Notes: generated by a model from the sequence alone, not told the origin. Counted from the first letter of the stretch, positions 48,060-57,864 are shown. The stretch: DNA of 64,000 nt from Promethearchaeota archaeon Loki_b32 (GCA_005223125.1 NJBH01000001.1:180495-244494), one strand, 5' to 3'. Made by a program: numbers and translations.

Positions 48060-49538
48060 TTATTGCTCTATCTTAGTGCCACACCATTTGCAGAATTTTT
48101 CAGTACTAGTAAGTTTACTTCCACATAGAGAACATGATTTTGCTGTAGCGGGAGTAGTGATGGAGGGTGTACCAATTTGTCTTCCTTCCATTTTTCCCCC
48201 ACAATTAGTGCAAAATTTGGAATCTGGTTTTATTGGTGCTTTACAACGTTTGCATTTTTGGACTTTTTCAGGAGCTGTTGTAGGCGTTGCTTTGTATGGT
48301 GAAGGTTTAGTTGAAGGCTTTTCTGGCGCTTTTAGCTTCAGTTTTTTCTGACCTCTTCTTGCTACTACTGCTGCCAATAATACAATGATTACAACGACGA
48401 GAACAATGATTAATATCCACTGGATATCAAACCACCTCTCTTGTGAAGTTACTCCGGTATCATAAGTCACATCAAAAGTAATAGTAGTAGATTCCTCTGG
48501 AGATAGCATTGGATCAAAATATATAAAGAAATACCAATTTCCTGAAGAAGGTACAGAATAAGAACCTGAGAGAGTAATTCCCTCTTGTACTTCCTGGGTA
48601 TAAATACCAGTAAAATTTATCACACCTGTAGCTGTATAATTTATTGTAAAATCAACATTAACAGGTGAAACTCCTTCATTATACCATACAATATAATAAT
48701 CTTGGGAAATACCTACCACAAATGTACCACTGCTTTCATTGACATTTGATTCACTCCACGAAAATGTAGGTGAACCGTATTGTTCCCAATCGAAGAAATC
48801 ATAACCGTCCGCAATAAAGAAATCAATTTCACCACTCGCATTAAATTCATATTTAATTTCTGAACCTGATCGTAGGTACCACCATTCAGTCCAGTACTCA
48901 TTGTTTGATAGGGTTCTTGAATCTACAACATCACTATATATTGTAGTTGTAGGAAGATTTTCAAAAGGACTATTCCAAATCGCAAATGTTAAATCACTTG
49001 ATAAAGATTGAATAGAGTAGTCTATACTTCCTTCTTCAACATTCTCGTATTCATACCAAAATTCATTGAAATATAAAGTCTCAGTAGAACGGTAGTTCAC
49101 ATATCCATCAGCATCAGCATTACTAAATGGAAACGCAAATGCCACTCCTGCAAAAGGAAGTATTACCAATGCTAGTATTATCATAAATAATATTCCACCA
49201 CCCACATAGATGGGACTATAATACCAAGGACGATAATAATGTCCCGCCCACCAAGGTGAATACCACCATCTATAATACCAAGGACGATGATACCACCAAT
49301 AAGGTCTGTAATATCTACGATGTGGTCTGTAATATCTATGTGAATAAGGGCCACTTGGAGATCTTGATGTTATTCTTGTAGCCCCGGTTCTCCCAAAAGG
49401 TGCACCACTCCGAGATCCACCGCCTCTATATCCTCCACCAAATCCGCCACCACGAACGCCCCCACCAAATCCACCACCTCGAAATCCACCACCTCGAAAT
49501 CCACCACCTCGAAATCCACCACCTCCACCACGAGGCAT
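48060..49538 (-). CDS. Membrane protein: RGG/aromatic low-complexity N-terminus, TM, beta-rich ectodomain, TM, double zinc ribbon
   Basis: FRGGG repeats, W/Y/R/P-rich tract, two TM helices, CKRC..CTNC and CSLC..CKWC. Confidence 0.85.
   Translation of the reverse strand: MPRGGGGGFRGGGFRGGGFRGGGFGGGVRGGGFGGGYRGGGSRSGAPFGRTGATRITSRSPSGPYSHRYYRPHRRYYRPYWWYHRPWYYRWWYSPWWAGHYYRPWYYSPIYVGGGILFMIILALVILPFAGVAFAFPFSNADADGYVNYRSTETLYFNEFWYEYENVEEGSIDYSIQSLSSDLTFAIWNSPFENLPTTTIYSDVVDSRTLSNNEYWTEWWYLRSGSEIKYEFNASGEIDFFIADGYDFFDWEQYGSPTFSWSESNVNESSGTFVVGISQDYYIVWYNEGVSPVNVDFTINYTATGVINFTGIYTQEVQEGITLSGSYSVPSSGNWYFFIYFDPMLSPEESTTITFDVTYDTGVTSQERWFDIQWILIIVLVVVIIVLLAAVVARRGQKKLKLKAPEKPSTKPSPYKATPTTAPEKVQKCKRCKAPIKPDSKFCTNCGGKMEGRQIGTPSITTPATAKSCSLCGSKLTSTEKFCKWCGTKIEQ
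49466..49525 (-). repeat. Four 15-bp tandem repeats encoding RGGGF
   Basis: (g/c)aaatccaccacctc x4 on the + strand. Confidence 0.9.
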
Positions 49539-49540
49539 TT

Positions 49541-50539
49541 TTAAGCGGACACCTCACTAGTTTTAGCTTCAGGACTTTCGATTCCTCGGAATAAGTAGTC
49601 TCGATTGATAGCTAAGAGAAATAATACCATCGAAATAATTGACATTGTTAATCCAACAGCATCAATAGCAATAATGGGTTGTGTCGTAATTGCAAAAGCT
49701 ATACCGAATAATATCCATTCAAAAGCCATAAAGAACACAGTTAATCCTGGTATGACAGTCCTTATTATCCACCCAGTTTGTAAATTTCTAGTATCAGAAA
49801 AACTTGTATAAATAATTGAAAACAAACCTATAATGCTAAAAATCAACATTAAAATGCTAAAAATGTCTATTGCAATCCATATTGGGTCGTTTAAGTTAAG
49901 AAAAGGCACCATAATCCCTGAACCCCTTATATCAAATAAAGTAAAAAACAATGTCGGATCTTCTACGATTGGTCCCATGCCAAGTAAACTCATTAGATCA
50001 CTATATTTCCCTATAAAAAATCCAGAAATTCCTGCTAATGGTAGAATTATACCTAGTGTGAATCCAATAATAGCACATATACTGGCAAACCAAAATTCAG
50101 CAACTTTCGTATTTTTCACTGGAATTAGTCCAATCTCATCAAAAGTCTGATCTGGAATGTAACTCCAGCAATCGTGAATTGTACATACACCTACAAGTTT
50201 TTCATTTTCAACAACTGGTACTACATTCACATTTAAATTACGCATTCGATTAAATGCTTCGGTGACGGGGGTATCTAATGTAACGGGAGAAATTTTGTAC
50301 ATTGTTGAAATTACTTTTTCAGTTTTTGCATCATTTCCTTCTGCAACAACATTTTGTATAATATCAAAATCAGCAATAACCCCGATAACTTTCTGTTTTT
50401 CTTCTTTAATAACAACTAAATCGGGTACCCCTAACTCTTTCATTTTTTTAGCAGCATCTTGAATTGTCGCATTTGAGTCAATTATCCCGTATTCATCGTT
50501 AATAACTAAATCTCGTACATAATATTCTTTTAAAGCCAT
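49541..50539 (-). CDS. CBS-pair protein with C-terminal four-TM domain
   Basis: Two CBS motifs (ATIQDAAKKM...VIGVIADFDI; TPVTEAF..M...VPVVEN.KLVGV) followed by four hydrophobic helices. Confidence 0.85.
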   Translation of the reverse strand: MALKEYYVRDLVINDEYGIIDSNATIQDAAKKMKELGVPDLVVIKEEKQKVIGVIADFDIIQNVVAEGNDAKTEKVISTMYKISPVTLDTPVTEAFNRMRNLNVNVVPVVENEKLVGVCTIHDCWSYIPDQTFDEIGLIPVKNTKVAEFWFASICAIIGFTLGIILPLAGISGFFIGKYSDLMSLLGMGPIVEDPTLFFTLFDIRGSGIMVPFLNLNDPIWIAIDIFSILMLIFSIIGLFSIIYTSFSDTRNLQTGWIIRTVIPGLTVFFMAFEWILFGIAFAITTQPIIAIDAVGLTMSIISMVLFLLAINRDYLFRGIESPEAKTSEVSA

Positions 50540-50864
50540 AGATTATACATCCTATTTTTGAGTTAAATTATTTTTTATGAAATAACAAAAGAATGGAATA
50601 TATAAATCTTTCTATTCACATATTATACCCAACATTAAAATAGAATAGTAAAAATTGGTCTCTCGATGTTTAATATTATATAATTAGTAAGTCTATTAAT
50701 AAAAAAAAAATTGAAAGAATAATTAAGTAGGGATACAAATAGATTTTTAGATTGCTTTATTTTTTTCAAAATCAAAATTTCATAGCATCTTTAATATCAG
50801 TGATTATATTATTATCCAATATTCCTTATTAATTTCAAATATTAGATTCTTGGCTAAAAAAAAT

Positions 50865-51659
50865 TTAATTAGAGGAATTAGAAATTATTTTCGTTTCTAT
50901 TGGTGGACGGGGTGGACCTCTAAAGTATTTCACGGCGGGGTATCCTATTATGATAATTCCGTAAATATTATTATCATTACCAAGTATCTTTTTTTGTATT
51001 TCTTTATGCTCACTAAGAAAGATTTGAATACCTCCAATCCAACATGATCCTAAACCTAAGGTTTCAGCACATAGCATTGCATATGTTATCGAGATAGGAG
51101 CATTTTTGGAATCCCATTCATTATCCGAATGAAGAATTAAAATGTGAGGCGCATTATAAAAAAAGGGATCTATGCCATTGTCTCTCTTTTTTTTATACTC
51201 CTCCTTCCCTTCATCTAAATCTAATCCTTTAATAACTAAATCTATAATCTCTTGAATTTTTTTATCATCTGAGATTAAAAGACATTTTAAAGTACGCTTA
51301 TTCATACTTGTTGGCGCATACCTCATACAATCAATAACTTTTTCAATTAGCTCTATCGTAACTTTTTTATTTTTAAATTGCCTGATTGACCTTTTAGAAC
51401 GCATTACTCTATACAATGCGTCATATGATATAGAATTATAGTGTTCTTCAAATTCGAAAGTAGAGTCTTTCATATTTTCATAAATTATCGCACCTTTTGG
51501 ACATACAGCAATACAATGCCCACACAATAAGCATCCTTTGGCATTATCAAATAAAATTTGCGTTTTTGTGCTATTTATACTAAAATTACTCTTTGGGCAT
51601 TCTTTAATACACTCCTTACAGAGATTACATTCAGCTATATCTATTCCCTGAATGGGCAT
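50865..51659 (-). CDS. Nitroreductase with N-terminal 2x[4Fe-4S] ferredoxin domain
   Basis: CNLCKECIKECP, CLLCGHCIAVCP, RSIRQF, APTSMN, LGLGSCWIG. Confidence 0.92.
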   Translation of the reverse strand: MPIQGIDIAECNLCKECIKECPKSNFSINSTKTQILFDNAKGCLLCGHCIAVCPKGAIIYENMKDSTFEFEEHYNSISYDALYRVMRSKRSIRQFKNKKVTIELIEKVIDCMRYAPTSMNKRTLKCLLISDDKKIQEIIDLVIKGLDLDEGKEEYKKKRDNGIDPFFYNAPHILILHSDNEWDSKNAPISITYAMLCAETLGLGSCWIGGIQIFLSEHKEIQKKILGNDNNIYGIIIIGYPAVKYFRGPPRPPIETKIISNSSN

Positions 51660-51898
51660 AATAAAGATGAAAATTAACTAAAACTATATTAAAATTATTA
51701 GTAATTTTGTTATTATTCTAAATATTTCTGAAAAAATGATAGATTGATTTGATACCCAAAACATTTATATAACTGTTTTTATTTATTCTATTTGATATTC
51801 GATTTTAGATATATTGTAGATTGATATTAGAGCATCGCTTCTCTTATATTGTCTTTAATATATCCAAAAATAAATATATATTGGGTTTGTTAAAAAAT

Positions 51899-52549
51899 AT
51901 GTTCTTTGGTAAACGGTTTAGTGGTTATCGAGGTGAAGCCTTTTCTGGATTAGATATCTTGGTACTTTCAATTATTCAGAATCGCGAAGGGATTTCAGGA
52001 TATGAAATAAGTCAAGTTATCAACAGAAAATTCAAACCAATGTGGAGAGCGTCTCCTGGAACAATATATCCCTTATTGAGCAGATTGGATGATAAAGGAT
52101 TTGTTGAAACAGAAGAATTTATTGATAAAAATAATCGTAAAAAAAAAATCTATAGAATTTCTGATCTAGGAATGGATAGACTAAAAGAAGTTTTGAAAGA
52201 TAACTTTGAATCTAGTATGAATACTCTTGGAGATTATATTCGAACAATTGTAAATGCGTGGTTACCTCATGAAAACCGAATTAGGGGAGTAATGTCATGT
52301 TTTCCTTATCATTGTGCCCCGATTGAAAGAGAATTCAATCATGAAGATTATTCTCTAACAAATATTCACAGAATTGAAAGAGTAATCAAAGATTTGAAAT
52401 TCAGTAGAGAAAGAATTTCAATCAGATTAGAAGATATAAACGATGAAATACAAAAATTTGAAGAAATCTTGAAGAATTTACTAGAAAAAAGAGAGGTAAA
52501 TACTAAAACGATTCCGATTGTAGATGACGATGAATATGTGAATTTTTAA
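51899..52549 (+). CDS. PadR-family transcriptional regulator
   Basis: SGYEI, SPGTIYPLL.RL, KKIYRIS..G; ATG 51899 preferred. Confidence 0.9.
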   Translation: MFFGKRFSGYRGEAFSGLDILVLSIIQNREGISGYEISQVINRKFKPMWRASPGTIYPLLSRLDDKGFVETEEFIDKNNRKKKIYRISDLGMDRLKEVLKDNFESSMNTLGDYIRTIVNAWLPHENRIRGVMSCFPYHCAPIEREFNHEDYSLTNIHRIERVIKDLKFSRERISIRLEDINDEIQKFEEILKNLLEKREVNTKTIPIVDDDEYVNF

Positions 52550-52587
52550 CATATACCAATAGAATTTATCAAAAAAATTAAAAAAAA

Positions 52588-53082
52588 ATGGAGGAAAAAT
52601 TTATGCATCATGAAAAACATCATGGACCTAAAGGATTTGCTGGGTGCTGCTCATTTGGACCTCAAGATATTGCTAAAATGAAACACATGGCTAAACATTT
52701 TATAAGGAGTTTCATGGGAAGCCTTATTCCGTATAATCTTGAGGATCTTGGAGATTCTTATTTGATTACCGTTCCATTAGTGGGTCGCACTAAAGAGGAT
52801 GTTAAAGTGTCTTTGCTTAATAAACATCTTAATATTAAAGCAGAGAAACCTAAAATCCCTGAAAGAGAGACAATCAAAGAAACAACAGAAGAAGAAAAAT
52901 CAGCGCAAGAATGGTGTATACCATCTTTCTGGAAAGGTTTTACATTTATTGATGTAAATATGGATATACCCTTACCAGTTGATGCAAATGCTGACACTCT
53001 TACTTCAAAAATGGCGAATGGGCTCTTAAAGATAACAATGGAAAAGAAACCAGCAGAAAATATAAACATAAGCGAAAGCTAA
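52588..53082 (+). CDS. Small heat-shock protein (Hsp20/alpha-crystallin)
   Basis: ITVPLVG..KEDVKV, IPLP, SKMANGLLKITMEK. Confidence 0.85.
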   Translation: MEEKFMHHEKHHGPKGFAGCCSFGPQDIAKMKHMAKHFIRSFMGSLIPYNLEDLGDSYLITVPLVGRTKEDVKVSLLNKHLNIKAEKPKIPERETIKETTEEEKSAQEWCIPSFWKGFTFIDVNMDIPLPVDANADTLTSKMANGLLKITMEKKPAENINISES

Positions 53083-53110
53083 GAAGAATTCATGAAATTC
53101 AAGGAGGAGC

Positions 53111-53197
53111 GCTTTAGAATTAAGATAATAAAATTCGAATCAGAGTATTATTATAAAATCTAACTCTAAAGCACCCCACATAATATTATTTTTTTTT
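53111..53197 (+). terminator. Long imperfect hairpin followed by a T-run downstream of hsp20
   Basis: gctttagaattaagat pairs with atctaactctaaagc; inner stem aataaaattc/gagtattatt; T-run near 53189-53197. Confidence 0.5.
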
Positions 53198-53322
53198 ACT
53201 TTTTAATATATATATCAATTTTCTAATTCTTGTTAGAAATTATTTCATCCTAAAGTTTATTATACTTTGGTCTATTGTTAATTTAATTAAATAAATCATA
53301 TATAAAACAAGATATTTTTACA

Positions 53323-55935
53323 ATGACGTCAAGGAAAAATGAAGAGGGAGATTCGCGCCCAATTAATTTAGTACTTTTAGCGGTTTCATTTATAATATTT
53401 GGTGTTTTAGGAATCGTATTTATCACGCAAATGGATCTACATCCCGGCTGGGCATGGGAAGATATTAGGGATGTTTATCCAACGCAGATATATGCTTTTA
53501 GCACAGAAGATATAGATGGTAATGGAGTTAATGAAATAATTGCTTACGCTGATATAGGCGGAACAGATCGTCCTGATCGATATCCTGACTTTCAGTATGG
53601 AGGAATTTATTGTTTAGAAGGATCAAGTGGAACTCCATTATGGATTCGAGAATATAATGGTCCAGTTAAAAAGGTCTTTCCTATAATGGACGTCGATGGA
53701 GATGGAGTTAAGGATTACTTTATGAGCAAGGGTTCAGTAGGAACTAATTGGACACGTCAGAATAGTCATTATGAACCAGAAATTATTCCTAATATGTATA
53801 CTAATCAATTAATTAGTGGTAGTAATGGAACTGATCTCTCAATATTGATTGGAGATGGAATTAGTTTCACAAATTTCTATATACATGATTTGATAAGTCT
53901 TTATGATTTACCAGATTTACAAGAAGATCTTATAGTTCTAGAAGGAGAAGAATACGAATCCCCATATGAGGAAGAAACTTTTTGGATGTATAATTTCAGT
54001 ATAAGTACCTATTTTATTAATGGTACTAAGAGTATCAGTATAAATAACACATATAAGGGACATCTTAATCCAGATAGTAAAACTCCAGCATTAGAATTAT
54101 TTGAATACACTGATCAATCTCATCTACTATACTTTAGCTATTTTACAGTATTTCTTTATAATTTAAGTTCAAACGGACTTCTGGATCAGATCTATAATAT
54201 TACATCCGCACAACAAATTCAGGAATATGAATTAATTGATGATTTAACTGATGACGATATTTCAGAAATATTAGTCATAACTTGGGATGGAAATCTTACA
54301 TTATATGATGGTTATGATGGTGGAATTTTATTGGAGTTTAATATTCCTCCTGGAGTGAGTGATATAAATTTAGAGGAAATTTTAAGTCCTGAAAAAGATG
54401 GTATTTGCTATTTTTTACTAACAGCTAGATATTGGCATAGTGATGATTTTGACGAAATAATTATGCAAGTTTATAAGATTGAAGATTTATCGGAAGAAGT
54501 GATCTGGGAGGTCATAAAAACTGGAGATGATATAGAGGATAGGGTTTATGTGTTAAATGAAGATATAGATGGCGATTCTATTGGTGAACTAATTTATAAT
54601 AAAGTATTTGTCCCATTTGTATCAATTAATGAAGTGCGTCGCTATACAATTTTAAATTTTATTAATGGAAATGAATTAGCAATTCTGAATACAGATGTAG
54701 GTTCAGAGGGAATAATTACAATTTCTGATTTTGACGGTGATGGTAAAAAAGATTTCGCTATTTTTGGAGATGACAGAGTTGTTGCACTATCTGCAAGTAA
54801 ACCACGGGGTTTATGGTTATCGTCTGCTTTTCCTTTAGGTTTACCTTTATTCATTGTACTAGCAACACTTTTAGTAGCTGGTGTAATAATTATTGTCTTG
54901 CGAGGAAAAAGATTAAAATACCGTCGACAAGCAGTCAAAGAACACAAACTCACAGTTGCAGTAAATATTCTTGCAATTGCACTAATGACCTTAACATTTT
55001 TACTCTTTTTGATATTAATGAATATTTTCAATAATACTCTGATTACGGGCTCTAATAATACAAATATTGTTATCGCATTTTTAATTGTGACTATTATTTG
55101 GTATGGGACACTACCCTTGACAGCGGCACTTTATAATCGGTTTGCTCCACAATTTGCATATATTTTTGTTAAATTGAGAAATCTCTTCTTTAAATTTTCT
55201 AAAGGCTATAAGAATGATATCCTTGTCTTGGACATGAGAGGTAAAGATGAAATCGGTCTTGTTAATCAACTTAAAAGGTTAGTCTTACCATTACTTCTTT
55301 CAATTTCTGTTGGATTTTATGCTTATGATGTTTTAACTTCTTTCTTTGGATATCCGGTAACTTTTGATGTATTCGGTTCAACTGAGTTCTTTGGATTTAT
55401 GATGGGATATATGTTATGTTGTGTTTTACCAATGATTTTATCATTTATATTGTTTTCATTTTTCATTTCTGGTAATTATTTACTTGATGATGCTGGGATC
55501 GTGTATTACCGTGAAAACAAGAAATATCGTCAACCTGGAGATATTGAGCCTATAAGTATTTGGGCTCAATCTATAGTTAAAGGTATTGCAGGGCTCTCTG
55601 CCTTACTCACATTTGGGACATTTCTCGGTACCGTTGATTTTGCTGGATTTTTTGGAGAAGGAGACGCTTTAATGTTTATGTTTGGAATATTGATTGTAGT
55701 AGTTATGTTTGGTGGTATTCCATTTTTAACGGCATTTTCCTATATCCTCTTTGCTGGAGAAGTTATGGAATTAAATGCTGAAGAAAATATCCAAAAGCTT
55801 TATAATATCATGGAAAAGAATGGATACGATACAAAACCTCGTGATATAACTAATATTTATCCATCAGGTTATAAAGTTTCAGAAAGAGAAACTCCAAAAG
55901 ATACGGAGAATCCTGACACATCTCTATTAGAATAA
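53323..55935 (+). CDS. Membrane protein with FG-GAP/VCBS-type beta-propeller ectodomain and about 7 C-terminal TM helices
   Basis: DIDGNG, DVDGDG, DLTDDD, DIDGDS and DFDGDG Ca-binding motifs; N-terminal TM; polytopic C-terminus. Confidence 0.8.
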   Translation: MTSRKNEEGDSRPINLVLLAVSFIIFGVLGIVFITQMDLHPGWAWEDIRDVYPTQIYAFSTEDIDGNGVNEIIAYADIGGTDRPDRYPDFQYGGIYCLEGSSGTPLWIREYNGPVKKVFPIMDVDGDGVKDYFMSKGSVGTNWTRQNSHYEPEIIPNMYTNQLISGSNGTDLSILIGDGISFTNFYIHDLISLYDLPDLQEDLIVLEGEEYESPYEEETFWMYNFSISTYFINGTKSISINNTYKGHLNPDSKTPALELFEYTDQSHLLYFSYFTVFLYNLSSNGLLDQIYNITSAQQIQEYELIDDLTDDDISEILVITWDGNLTLYDGYDGGILLEFNIPPGVSDINLEEILSPEKDGICYFLLTARYWHSDDFDEIIMQVYKIEDLSEEVIWEVIKTGDDIEDRVYVLNEDIDGDSIGELIYNKVFVPFVSINEVRRYTILNFINGNELAILNTDVGSEGIITISDFDGDGKKDFAIFGDDRVVALSASKPRGLWLSSAFPLGLPLFIVLATLLVAGVIIIVLRGKRLKYRRQAVKEHKLTVAVNILAIALMTLTFLLFLILMNIFNNTLITGSNNTNIVIAFLIVTIIWYGTLPLTAALYNRFAPQFAYIFVKLRNLFFKFSKGYKNDILVLDMRGKDEIGLVNQLKRLVLPLLLSISVGFYAYDVLTSFFGYPVTFDVFGSTEFFGFMMGYMLCCVLPMILSFILFSFFISGNYLLDDAGIVYYRENKKYRQPGDIEPISIWAQSIVKGIAGLSALLTFGTFLGTVDFAGFFGEGDALMFMFGILIVVVMFGGIPFLTAFSYILFAGEVMELNAEENIQKLYNIMEKNGYDTKPRDITNIYPSGYKVSERETPKDTENPDTSLLE

Positions 55936-56044
55936 TTTTTTAAAAAATCATTTTTTTTTTTTATATATTTTAAAGCTTGTATTTTAGGTTGCTTCTTCTT
56001 TTATAGTTGAAAAAAGAATAGAAATAACTAAGGTGTAGAATATC

Positions 56045-56101
56045 ATGGAAAAGTTAAAAGTAGGAATTATTGGATGCGTAGTAATTTTTGAAAATTTCTG
56101 A
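56045..56101 (+). pseudogene. 5' stub of a Gfo/Idh/MocA-type oxidoreductase
   Basis: MEKLKVGIIGC followed by unrelated residues and a stop; SD-like aaggtg upstream. Confidence 0.55.
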
Positions 56102-56189
56102 TTTTTAAATTTTTCTATATAGCTAACTTAGGCATGTCTTTATTATTTCATTAGAGACATTCGAATATTCTAGAACACAAAACTTTTTA

Positions 56190-56219
56190 TAACGATAATC
56201 GATATATCAATTATCGTTA
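56190..56219. promoter_or_regulatory. 30-bp near-perfect palindrome, probable PadR operator overlapping a TATA box
   Basis: taacgataat-c-gatatatc-a-attatcgtta, overlapping tttttataa at 56184-56192 and ending about 25 nt before the PadR ATG. Confidence 0.75.
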
Positions 56220-56243
56220 CAATTTTGAAAACTGTGAATAACA

Positions 56244-56798
56244 ATGGTTGAAGAAATTGCGGAGAAATTTGAAAAAGCAATGAAAAAAGGATTCATAAGC
56301 ACACTTACTTTAATGGTTTTAGATAGAGAACCAATGCATGGGCGCCAAATTAAAAAAGCAATTGAAGAACGCACATTTGGTGGTTGGACACCAACAGATT
56401 CAACAATATACACGATTCTTAAAGATTTGCGAGAAAAAAGGCTAATTCAGCAACAGAACGAGGATGAAAAAGTTATAATCTATGAATTAACTAATGATGG
56501 AAAAAATACTCTTGAAATAATGATGAAAAAAGAGCAAGAAATAAGAGAATCGATTAGATCAATTATAACTACCACGTTTGGTATTAAAGATGAGTTAATG
56601 GATACAGATGTTGAAAACTTCTTAAATCATGATACATGTTTTGGCAAAATGCTTACTAACCCTGAAAACCAGACGCTTCAGATTTTGAATTTCCAGAGAG
56701 TATTTTTAAGAAAAAGAATAGAAGTCTTGAATAAAATGGCTCAAAACATTGAAGGTAAGATTTCAAAATTGGAAAAAGAAATACCAAATAAAAATTAA
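56244..56798 (+). CDS. PadR-family transcriptional regulator
   Basis: KGF...L.L..L..EPMHG, STIYTILKDL, YELTNDG. Confidence 0.9.
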   Translation: MVEEIAEKFEKAMKKGFISTLTLMVLDREPMHGRQIKKAIEERTFGGWTPTDSTIYTILKDLREKRLIQQQNEDEKVIIYELTNDGKNTLEIMMKKEQEIRESIRSIITTTFGIKDELMDTDVENFLNHDTCFGKMLTNPENQTLQILNFQRVFLRKRIEVLNKMAQNIEGKISKLEKEIPNKN

Positions 56799-56831
56799 TT
56801 TTTAAAATTTACCTAAAAAATTGATGAAAAC

Positions 56832-57860
56832 ATGTCAGAAGTAGTAATGAAATTTGAGAATTTAACTAAAAAGTATGGAAACTTTACAGCAGTAAATGAA
56901 ATTAATCTAGAAGTACACAGAGGTGAAACAATTGGACTAGTTGGTCCTAACGGCGCTGGAAAGACAACAACCATAAAAATGATAGCGAAAATTTTAAGAC
57001 CAAATTCAGGAAGAATCCTAATTCGAACAAATCATAGTGATTTAGAAGATTTGCGAAGTGTTTCAAGTACAATTACCGAAATAGGATTTTTAATTGATAT
57101 ACCCGCTTTTTACAATATGACAGCTTATCAACTTCTTAGATATTTCGCTAATCTTCAAAATTATCCCAAAGATCAAATAGATAAAAGAATTAATGAATTA
57201 TTGACGCTATTTAAGCTTACTGAATGGAAACATGAAAAAGTTAAAACTTTTTCTAAAGGCATGACCCAGAAGTTAGGATTTATTCAAGCACTAATCCATG
57301 ATCCAGAGATTATCATATTAGACGAGCCACAGACAGGTTTAGATCCATTAGCTCGTGTTGAAATACGGAAATACATTCGAGAGCTCCAGTCTCAAGGAAA
57401 AACAATATTTGTAGCTTCTCATATGTTATATGAAATTTCTGAAGTATGTGATAAAATTGCTTTAATCAACTATGGTTCAATAATTGGGTTTGATACAGTA
57501 GAGAATCTAGCACTTATCTTAAAAACTAGTGAAATAAATTGTGTATTACTTGAACCTCTTAACCCTAGTGAATTAGAACCATTATTAAATCGATTAACTG
57601 AAAAACTTGACTCCTATCTAGATCAGAACTTAGATCCAGAAATCTCAAAGATTCCAATAAAGTATTACCCTAAACAACAAGGGTTTAAGATTTTTTACAA
57701 TGGGAGAAATAAATCAAAAGGGGAAATCTTGAAGATCCTAATAAAAGATTTCGAATCAGATTTTACATTGATCTCATTTACTCAACCAAGAACATCTCAA
57801 TTGGAAAGAGTTTATGCAGAAATGGTAAAAAATAGTGAATCAAATAATGGAGATGTATAG
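56832..57860 (+). CDS. ABC-2 type transporter ATP-binding protein
   Basis: GPNGAGKTT, FSKGMTQK, LDEP..GLDP, SH. Confidence 0.95.
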   Translation: MSEVVMKFENLTKKYGNFTAVNEINLEVHRGETIGLVGPNGAGKTTTIKMIAKILRPNSGRILIRTNHSDLEDLRSVSSTITEIGFLIDIPAFYNMTAYQLLRYFANLQNYPKDQIDKRINELLTLFKLTEWKHEKVKTFSKGMTQKLGFIQALIHDPEIIILDEPQTGLDPLARVEIRKYIRELQSQGKTIFVASHMLYEISEVCDKIALINYGSIIGFDTVENLALILKTSEINCVLLEPLNPSELEPLLNRLTEKLDSYLDQNLDPEISKIPIKYYPKQQGFKIFYNGRNKSKGEILKILIKDFESDFTLISFTQPRTSQLERVYAEMVKNSESNNGDV

Positions 57861-57864
57861 AAAA

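Noticed and set aside
49466-49525. Tandem repeat as a possible CRISPR array
   Set aside because: No spacers, in frame within a CDS, and no cas genes.
49400-49594. ORF with IHHLE repeats
   Set aside because: Reverse-strand reading of the RGGGF repeat.
50770-50826. Possible further gene remnant on the minus strand (GILDNNIITDIKDAMKF-stop)
   Set aside because: No matching parent gene in the window and too short to assign.
53090-53130. Possible SECIS element (ATGA followed by a stem)
   Set aside because: The 3' GA of the core is not correctly placed, and I saw no in-frame TGA selenoprotein candidate nearby.
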